This document shows, one piece after another, positions 57,347-64,000 of a DNA stretch of 64,000 nucleotides. The stretch is from IMG/VR virus record IMGVR_UViG_3300008262_000013. The stretch is one strand, 5' to 3'. Source of the DNA: a virus (Duplodnaviria; Caudoviricetes). Within the stretch, counting starts at the first letter, position 1; every line of letters starts with the position of its first letter. The notes under the pieces are model-generated. The model saw only the letters and a list, made by a program, of their open reading frames with translations. It had not been told where the DNA came from and ran no database searches. The position numbers and the translations under genes are program-made.

Positions 57347-57469
57347 ATGTTAGAGACACTTTTCTGGTTACTAATTGGAGCATTTATTGGTTGGAATTTT
57401 CCGCAACCACAGTTTGCAAAAAATTTGCAGGCGAAAGTAATGGGAATGTTTAAAAAAACTGGTGAATAA
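57347..57469 (+). CDS. 40-aa membrane peptide not in the ORF track
   Basis: SD AAGGAG; MLETLFWLLIGAFIGWNFPQPQFAKNLQAKVMGMFKKTGE*. Confidence 0.6.
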   Translation: MLETLFWLLIGAFIGWNFPQPQFAKNLQAKVMGMFKKTGE

Positions 57470-57471
57470 AA

Positions 57472-57861
57472 ATGGCTTATTCTAGTCAATTGATGGATCA
57501 CTATGAGAATCCACGAAACGTAGGAAAGTTAGATACAAGTGACACGACTGTTGGTACAGGATTAGTTGGTGCGCCAGCTTGCGGTGACGTTTTAAAGTTG
57601 CAAATTAAAGTTGATGACGGAGTAATTACTGATGCGAAATTTAAGACGTATGGTTGTGGCTCGGCGATTGCATCGTCGTCGCTTGTCACCGAGTGGGTTA
57701 AAGGCAAGACAATTGATGAAGCGATGGCGATCAAGAATACCCAAATTGCTGAGGAACTTGCATTACCACCAGTCAAAATTCATTGTTCGATTCTGGCGGA
57801 AGATGCAATCAAAGCAGCTATAAAAGATTATAAAGATAAAAATTTAGCAAAGGCAGCTTGA
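57472..57861 (+). CDS. iscU: Fe-S cluster scaffold IscU
   Basis: 'DHYENPRNVG', 'GAPACGD', 'KTYGCGSAIAS', 'LPPVKIHCS'. Confidence 0.97.
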   Translation: MAYSSQLMDHYENPRNVGKLDTSDTTVGTGLVGAPACGDVLKLQIKVDDGVITDAKFKTYGCGSAIASSSLVTEWVKGKTIDEAMAIKNTQIAEELALPPVKIHCSILAEDAIKAAIKDYKDKNLAKAA

Positions 57862-58736
57862 TGTTAAAACAAGTAGATGGTAAGTGGGCTTTAGTTTCTA
57901 AAAAAACACAGAGACCACTTGCTTATTACAGAGGTGAGGGTAAACCTTCTGACGAATGGGTTAGGAAACAAGAATCAAGAATTCAAATATTCAAGTCGAT
58001 GAATGAACAAAAAGATTCTACGAAGTCTGGTTCTGGTTTAACTATATTCGATATTGATGACACACTCTTTCATACAACTGCTAAGATTGCTGTGAAGAAA
58101 GATGGTAAAGTTGTTCGTGAATTAAATAATCAAGAATTTAATACCTATCAATTAAAGAAAGGTGAAGAATTTGATTATCGCCAATTTCGTGATGCAAAAA
58201 AGTTTAAAGAAGAATCAAAGCCTATTGCCAAAATGTTTGCTAAGGCAAAAGCAATACTCCGTAATGTTGTAAATAAACCGGGTAGTCAGATGATTATTTT
58301 GACTGCACGTAATGATTTTGATGACAAAGAAACATTTTTGGATACATTCAGGCAATATGGTTTAGATATAAACAAGGTAAGAGTCGAACGTGCAGGCAAA
58401 TTAACAAAGTTGTCGCCAGCGCACGCTAAGTATGTTATAATATATAATTATTTAAAACAAGGTAAATTTTCCCACGTTCGTTTATTCGATGATAGTATGG
58501 CAAACCTAAAAGAATTTTTACGTTTGAAAAAAGATTTTACAGACGTAACATTTGAGGCATATTTTGCGAAACCAGATGGTTCAGTGGAAAGAATCGGTGG
58601 TATAAATGAAGAACAAGAGTTTGTTTCTAAGGCTGGCGCAGGAGAATGGGGTAGACCAGAACTAACACGTAAATATATAGAAGATACACCAGGACAAAAG
58701 GTTCAGAGGTTTAAGAAATACATAAAGAATATATAA
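57861..58736 (+). CDS. HAD-superfamily phosphatase with small flanking domains
   Basis: 'IFDIDDTLF' (DxD), 'ILTAR', 'LFDDS'; C-terminal 'GAGEWG-x-PEL-x-x-KY-x-x-DTPGQ'. Confidence 0.75.
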   Translation: MLKQVDGKWALVSKKTQRPLAYYRGEGKPSDEWVRKQESRIQIFKSMNEQKDSTKSGSGLTIFDIDDTLFHTTAKIAVKKDGKVVRELNNQEFNTYQLKKGEEFDYRQFRDAKKFKEESKPIAKMFAKAKAILRNVVNKPGSQMIILTARNDFDDKETFLDTFRQYGLDINKVRVERAGKLTKLSPAHAKYVIIYNYLKQGKFSHVRLFDDSMANLKEFLRLKKDFTDVTFEAYFAKPDGSVERIGGINEEQEFVSKAGAGEWGRPELTRKYIEDTPGQKVQRFKKYIKNI

Positions 58737-58754
58737 TTTTTTTGGAGAATGTGA

Positions 58755-59588
58755 ATGAGAGATTTGATTATAGGATGTTCCACCAACTACGATTGGTCCA
58801 AATTAAAATATTGGATCAACTCTATCAATAAATCCGGATTTCAGGGTGATAAGGTCATGATTCTTATGAATTGTGACAAAGATACAGTAAATAAAGTTGT
58901 TGAATCCGGATTCAATGTTATAGGTTTCAAAAAAGACGAAGAAGGTAATTTAACATATTCCTCTAATATGCCAGTGCATACTGAAAGATTTTTGCACATA
59001 TACAACTATCTAAAAGATAAGGACTATCGATACGTAATTACTACTGATGTTAAAGATGTAGTCTTTCAAAAAAATCCTATTGAATTTTTGGAAAAGGAAT
59101 GTGTCAATAAAAATTTACTTTTTGCTTCGGAAAGTATTCGATACAAAGATGAACCATGGGGTGATCAAAACTTAAAAGAAACTTTTGGTCCTTACATTTA
59201 TGAACAGTTTAAAAATAATGAGATATTCAATGTGGGTGTTTTGGCTGGACATGGATATGCTATTCGTGATTTAGCACTAAACATTTTTGTTTCTTGTTTG
59301 AATCGTCCAATTCCTATTTGTGACCAATCAACCTTCAACTTTATGATTAGTCAAAATCCCTACACTTCATTGAGTAAGTATACTCGTTCTGAAGAAGGCT
59401 GGGCAGCACAGTTAGGTACAACAGGAGATCCATCAAAAGCATTACAATTTGATCCTGTTTTATTGGAAGCCAAACCTAAACTACAAGATGGAATTGTAAC
59501 GACATCTGAAGGAAAACAATTTTATATTGTACACCAGTACGATAGAGTACCTGAAATGAAAAATACATTGGAGAAAAAATATGAGTGA
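58755..59588 (+). CDS. Glycosyltransferase-like protein
   Basis: 'YVITTDVKDVVFQKNP' (DxxD), 'NVGVLAG', 'DQSTFN', 'IVHQYDR'. Confidence 0.65.
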   Translation: MRDLIIGCSTNYDWSKLKYWINSINKSGFQGDKVMILMNCDKDTVNKVVESGFNVIGFKKDEEGNLTYSSNMPVHTERFLHIYNYLKDKDYRYVITTDVKDVVFQKNPIEFLEKECVNKNLLFASESIRYKDEPWGDQNLKETFGPYIYEQFKNNEIFNVGVLAGHGYAIRDLALNIFVSCLNRPIPICDQSTFNFMISQNPYTSLSKYTRSEEGWAAQLGTTGDPSKALQFDPVLLEAKPKLQDGIVTTSEGKQFYIVHQYDRVPEMKNTLEKKYE

Positions 59589-60153
59589 TATGTTAGTAAT
59601 TAATACGAATTCTGAAGCATTTAATATAACAGAAAAAAGAGAATTTAGGCCTTCTGGGTACCACTTTAAACAATTTATTTCTGTAATGGAAAAACCTGTT
59701 GTTTTAGAAATTGGTTGTGATATCGGTGATACAGCATTTTCTTATCTAGAATGTAATCCTAATTTAACTTTATATTCTATTGACCCGTATGATGATTATG
59801 TTGATTGGAATGGAAATCATTTGAATGAGAGACAGAAACTTTATCAACATGTGGTGGATAGATTTAAACCATTTGGTGATAGATTTAAACTTATACGAAG
59901 TAATTCTGATGAAGCGGTTAGTCTTTTTGAAGATGAATTTTTTGATTTAATTTTTATAGATGGACTTCATACTTATGACCAACTAAGTAAAGACTGTGAT
60001 AATTATTATTCCAAACTAAAAACCGGATCAATATTTTCTGGACATGATTATACGGTAATTGAGGGAGTTAATAGGGCTGTTAATGAATTTTCTCAGAAAG
60101 TAAATAAAGAAGTTAATAGTGGTGAAAACGATACGTGGTTTTGGGTCAAATGA
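59581..60153 (+). CDS. Class I SAM-dependent methyltransferase
   Basis: 'VLEIGCDIG', 'YSIDPY', 'DLIFIDGLHTY', 'GHDY'. Confidence 0.85.
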   Translation: MSDMLVINTNSEAFNITEKREFRPSGYHFKQFISVMEKPVVLEIGCDIGDTAFSYLECNPNLTLYSIDPYDDYVDWNGNHLNERQKLYQHVVDRFKPFGDRFKLIRSNSDEAVSLFEDEFFDLIFIDGLHTYDQLSKDCDNYYSKLKTGSIFSGHDYTVIEGVNRAVNEFSQKVNKEVNSGENDTWFWVK

Positions 60154-60839
60154 AAAATTGCATAGTTTTTTCTGGACAATTCAGGACTTTTAAAGATACT
60201 GTTGAAAACATCAAAGAGTTTATTCGAATCAATGATTTAGATGTTTATTGTTTTTTATGGACTACAGACGCGGATGAAAAGCGATTTGTAGTCGATAATC
60301 TAAAACCTATAAACTTTAGATTTGATGATTACTCCAATTATCAAGGTATGTTTGAAGAAATGGAACAAAGAATTCGCCATAATAACCCTAAACCTGCTCC
60401 CATCGATAAGGTTGCTGCAAACGCATCGATGAATTTTGCTAGAAAACAGGCGTATTCTTTAGTGAGAAATAATTATGATAACATCTTCTATTGTAGATAT
60501 GACATTGACATATACGAACAGTTTACTTTAAAGGAACAAGTTGATTTTGTAGTAACACCATTAGAAGAATCGTATAATTTAATATCGGATATATTTGCAA
60601 TTATACCTCAAAAATATGCTAAACATTATTTTTTGTATGATGAATATGAAAATATACACTCAACTAAATTTGAACCTAAGTTTGAAGAATGGTTGAGAAG
60701 TATTAAAAAATACGGTGAAGAAAACATCAGGATTCATAGAGATGATAGATATTGTCCACATATGATGTTGTTACGCAATTTATGGAATAATAATGTACCC
60801 TTTGTTATAGAAAACCTTCCTGTGAGAATAAAAAGATGA
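60150..60839 (+). CDS. Glycosyltransferase-like protein (paralogue A)
   Basis: 'CIVFSGQFR', 'DVYCFLW', 'CRYD', 'SDIFAI'. Confidence 0.5.
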   Translation: MKNCIVFSGQFRTFKDTVENIKEFIRINDLDVYCFLWTTDADEKRFVVDNLKPINFRFDDYSNYQGMFEEMEQRIRHNNPKPAPIDKVAANASMNFARKQAYSLVRNNYDNIFYCRYDIDIYEQFTLKEQVDFVVTPLEESYNLISDIFAIIPQKYAKHYFLYDEYENIHSTKFEPKFEEWLRSIKKYGEENIRIHRDDRYCPHMMLLRNLWNNNVPFVIENLPVRIKR

Positions 60840-61561
60840 AAATAGCTTTATGTTTTTCTGGACAAGCCAGATCGTTTGAAAAAGGTTACGAATATTATAA
60901 AAAAAATCTCTTAGATAATTATGATGTAGATGTTTACATTCATAGCTGGAAATTTGATGGTGAAGAAAAGTTTTTGGATCTTTACAAACCAAAATCTTTT
61001 AAATTTAGTGATCCTTACTCAAATACTGAACAAGGATTTAAGTTGGATGATTACTATACGCATACACCAAATAGAGAAAAATATCCACCAAGATTTACAT
61101 ATTCGATGTTTGATTCTATGTATAGGTGTTTAGAATTATTGGTTCACGAATCATTAAACAATCGGACTGATTATAATTGGGTAATAAGAACTCGAACTGA
61201 TTATGCTTTGAATGTTTCGATTCCTTTTGAAACACTAGATTCAAACAAACTTTATATACCAAATTGTAGAATGGTACCAGAAAGAGATTTTGGAAATGAC
61301 CAGTTCGCATTTTCATCATATAATAATATGAAAAAATATATGTCAACTTTCATGAACATAAATCACTACTATGATGATTTGAAAACATTATTCATAGGTG
61401 AAGATTTGATGAAAGCCAATTTACATGAACATAATTTATTTGGTGAAAATTTGGTTTATGTTAATATGAATAATCCTTTTCCACCAGGATCCCACAACGG
61501 AACTTGGCACTCATTGATTCGAGATGATTACGAAGAATGGACAAACAATTCAAAAAAATAA
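60836..61561 (+). CDS. Glycosyltransferase-like protein (paralogue B)
   Basis: 'IALCFSGQAR', 'DVYIHSW', 'IRTRTD', 'NDQFAF'. Confidence 0.5.
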   Translation: MKIALCFSGQARSFEKGYEYYKKNLLDNYDVDVYIHSWKFDGEEKFLDLYKPKSFKFSDPYSNTEQGFKLDDYYTHTPNREKYPPRFTYSMFDSMYRCLELLVHESLNNRTDYNWVIRTRTDYALNVSIPFETLDSNKLYIPNCRMVPERDFGNDQFAFSSYNNMKKYMSTFMNINHYYDDLKTLFIGEDLMKANLHEHNLFGENLVYVNMNNPFPPGSHNGTWHSLIRDDYEEWTNNSKK

Positions 61562-62295
61562 TCAAAGAATTAAAAGGACATTCTGGAAATAAAATAACTT
61601 TGGTTGAAAACGATAATATTTTATACGTTGAAAAAACTGGAGATATAGAAAGAAATTTTGAAAGAATGAAGTTTCTTTATGAAAACAACTATAATGTACC
61701 ATTAATTTTTGAAAGTGATGGAAAAACATTCATGAACATGGAGTATATCCATGGTCTTGATATGAAAGAATATTTAAAAACACATAATATAAAGTTTCTT
61801 TTTAATTTTATATTTGATATATTAAAACAGTTTTCTGAAAATAGTGAAGTTGTAGATTACACTGAAACATATTATAAAAAGTTATCTTTTCTTGATGATG
61901 TGAATGATTTACCTTTCTCTAAAGAAGAATTTATATATTCTTTACCTAAAAAAATACCCAGATCACATTATCATGGAGATTTTACTTTAGAAAATTTAAT
62001 TTATACAGAAAACAAATTCGTTATGATTGATCCAGTAACAATAGAATATGATTCTTATATATTTGATATAGCTAAACTTAGACAAGATTTAGAGTGTAAA
62101 TGGTTTCTTAGAGAGACAGACTTAAGATTAGATGTAAAATTAAATGAGTTACAAGAGAGAATACTGAATTCTTTTCCCTTGGCTAAAGATGATAATTTAT
62201 TAATATTGATGTTATTAAGAGTTTATAGGCACACTAAGAGTGGTGATAATAATCATCAGTTTATTTTGAAGGCGATTGAAAAATTATGGAAATAA
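61537..62295 (+). CDS. APH/choline-kinase-like phosphotransferase
   Basis: 'HGDFTLENL', 'MIDP', 'DIAKL'. Confidence 0.75.
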   Translation: MDKQFKKIIKELKGHSGNKITLVENDNILYVEKTGDIERNFERMKFLYENNYNVPLIFESDGKTFMNMEYIHGLDMKEYLKTHNIKFLFNFIFDILKQFSENSEVVDYTETYYKKLSFLDDVNDLPFSKEEFIYSLPKKIPRSHYHGDFTLENLIYTENKFVMIDPVTIEYDSYIFDIAKLRQDLECKWFLRETDLRLDVKLNELQERILNSFPLAKDDNLLILMLLRVYRHTKSGDNNHQFILKAIEKLWK

Positions 62296-63329
62296 TTGTA
62301 CCTGCAGCAGGACTTTCAACCAGATTTCCCAATACTAAACCCAAATATCTATTATATGATTACGGTCATAAAATGATGATACAGAGAGCTCTGGATCCTT
62401 GGTTAAAAACCGAACATAATATAACGGTTGGAGTTTTAAAACAACATGATGAAAAATTTAACTCTGTAGATTTTTTGAAGTATGAATTTGGTGATAGAAT
62501 TAATGTGGTTATTTTAGAAGAAATGACCGAAGGTCCGGCTGACACTGTTTATAAAATCATAAAAAAATCTAATATTGATTTAACACAACAATTATTAGTT
62601 AAAGATTGTGACAGTTTTTTTCATATGGATAAAGTTGAAACCGAAAACTTCGTATGCACTTCAAATATAGCTGATCATGAGGTATTGAAAAAATTATCAT
62701 CAAAAAGTTTTGTTATAAAAAATGAACAAGGTATAATTACTAGTATTATAGAAAAAAAAGTTGTATCTGATACCTTTTGTGTTGGTGGTTACGGATTTAA
62801 AAATGTTCAATCATATTGTGACACATTTGAACAATTAAAAAAATCTCAAACGAATAGAGAAATTTTTGTTTCAGATGTAATATCCAAACAACTGGAAGAT
62901 GGTGAAATTTTCAGTTCAGTTTCGGTTAAAAATTACACGGATGTAGGAACGCAAGAAGATTGGCATGAATACAATAACAAACCTGTTATATTTTGTGATA
63001 TAGACGGCACACTAATAGTATCACAAAGTAGAGTTGGACAAAATAACTTTTATAGTTCTTATATTGCTTTAGAAAAAACTGTTAATAAACTATTAGATTT
63101 ACAGAAAAATGGAGCTCAATTTATATTTGTAACTTCTAGACCTAAAAATTTAGAAAGACAAACTCATAATTTACTCACATCTCTAGGATTTAAAAATTAT
63201 GAATTAATTATAGGATTACAAAATTCTACTAGAATATTAATAAATGATTTTAATAATGCGAATCCACACCCTAGAGCAATATCAATTAATGTAGAACGAG
63301 ACAAGGACCAAGCATGGATGTATCTTTAA
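62286..63329 (+). CDS. Sugar nucleotidyltransferase fused to a HAD domain
   Basis: 'PAAGLSTRF...PKYLL', 'DVGT', then 'FCDIDGTL', 'VTSRP', 'LIND'. Confidence 0.8.
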   Translation: MEIIVPAAGLSTRFPNTKPKYLLYDYGHKMMIQRALDPWLKTEHNITVGVLKQHDEKFNSVDFLKYEFGDRINVVILEEMTEGPADTVYKIIKKSNIDLTQQLLVKDCDSFFHMDKVETENFVCTSNIADHEVLKKLSSKSFVIKNEQGIITSIIEKKVVSDTFCVGGYGFKNVQSYCDTFEQLKKSQTNREIFVSDVISKQLEDGEIFSSVSVKNYTDVGTQEDWHEYNNKPVIFCDIDGTLIVSQSRVGQNNFYSSYIALEKTVNKLLDLQKNGAQFIFVTSRPKNLERQTHNLLTSLGFKNYELIIGLQNSTRILINDFNNANPHPRAISINVERDKDQAWMYL

Positions 63330-64000
63330 TTCCTAATAAAATTTTATTTATTGTTACTTCAGCTTTAAATTCAAAAGTTGGAGTTGTGAATAGTACTCAA
63401 AGATTACAACAGACAGTAGAAACACTAATTAATTTAAAACAAAAAGTGCCTGAAGCCACTATACTTCTTGTAGATGGTTCGCCTGATCCAGTTCCCGAAG
63501 AAACGAAAAAAATAATCAGTCAACATTGTCAATGTATTTGGTTTGGAGAACATCCAGAAATAAATTCAATGTCATCAATAGGTAGACAAAGTGAGGCTGA
63601 ACTTTTACTATTATTTAATACCTTTATTTTATTTAAACGTGTTCCTGAATTTATGAGTTTTTTGCATGGAGTCAAAAGAATTTTCAAATTTTCAGCGAGA
63701 AGTTTTTTAGAAGATGATTTCGACATTAATGAGTATGATAATCTTTTTGGTAAGTATGTGTTTAAGAAATCTTTGCCATCTTGGATGCCACCCGAAAGAA
63801 AAAAGAATATAACTGATCATCTCTACATTACAAGAATGTATTCCTTTTGTCCTTCTTTATTGGATAATTACTTACAACAAATTCAACCAATGTTAAACAA
63901 CGTGATGCAACATAGAATCGATTTCGAACATGCTCATTATCTTTGTCTAGATAAAACACATATAGTTGAATTTGATAGAATAAAATGTTCTGGCATCGTA
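63314..64000 (+). CDS. Glycosyltransferase-like protein, truncated by the window end
   Basis: Open frame from ATG 63314 to the end: 'FIVTSA...RLQQTVETL...ILLVDGS'. Confidence 0.55.
   Translation, partial: MDVSLIPNKILFIVTSALNSKVGVVNSTQRLQQTVETLINLKQKVPEATILLVDGSPDPVPEETKKIISQHCQCIWFGEHPEINSMSSIGRQSEAELLLLFNTFILFKRVPEFMSFLHGVKRIFKFSARSFLEDDFDINEYDNLFGKYVFKKSLPSWMPPERKKNITDHLYITRMYSFCPSLLDNYLQQIQPMLNNVMQHRIDFEHAHYLCLDKTHIVEFDRIKCSGIV

Noticed and set aside
1-64000. Stop-codon reassignment
   Set aside because: Core genes are full length under the standard code, and TAA, TGA and TAG all terminate genes.

Overview
AT-rich (roughly one-third GC by eye) segment of a large T4-like myovirus (non-coliphage, cyanophage/pelagiphage-style gene order). 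Essentially all credible genes are on the + strand. 1-13.5 kb holds repeat-rich fibre/structural genes with neck gp13/gp14, gp15 and small terminase gp16. 13.5-25.5 kb holds a Dps gene coupled to large terminase gp17, then gp18, gp19, gp20, gp67/68-like, gp21, gp22, gp23 and gp3. 25.5-54.7 kb is the recombination/replication core (uvsY, uvsW, gp55, gp47, gp46, gp45, gp44, gp62, regA, gp43, uvsX, gp41) interleaved with accessory genes: methyltransferase, peptide deformylase, two DUF4338/DruA-like proteins, a vWA-peptidase/CobS AAA pair, Hsp20, dCMP deaminase and others. 54.7-58.7 kb holds a nuclease-like gene, a ligase-motif gene, IscU and a HAD phosphatase. 58.7-64 kb is a glycan-synthesis-like cluster truncated by the window end. 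The most unusual signals are a 63-nt anticodon-less tRNA-like RNA with its own promoter, a ROSE-type RNA thermometer on hsp20, an H-type pseudoknot leader on an HTH gene, the nuclease/ligase-like/HAD module with a capsid-targeting-like N-terminus, the two DruA/Mom-like paralogues, and a frameshifted fibre gene. All family names come from motif recognition and synteny, not from database searches.
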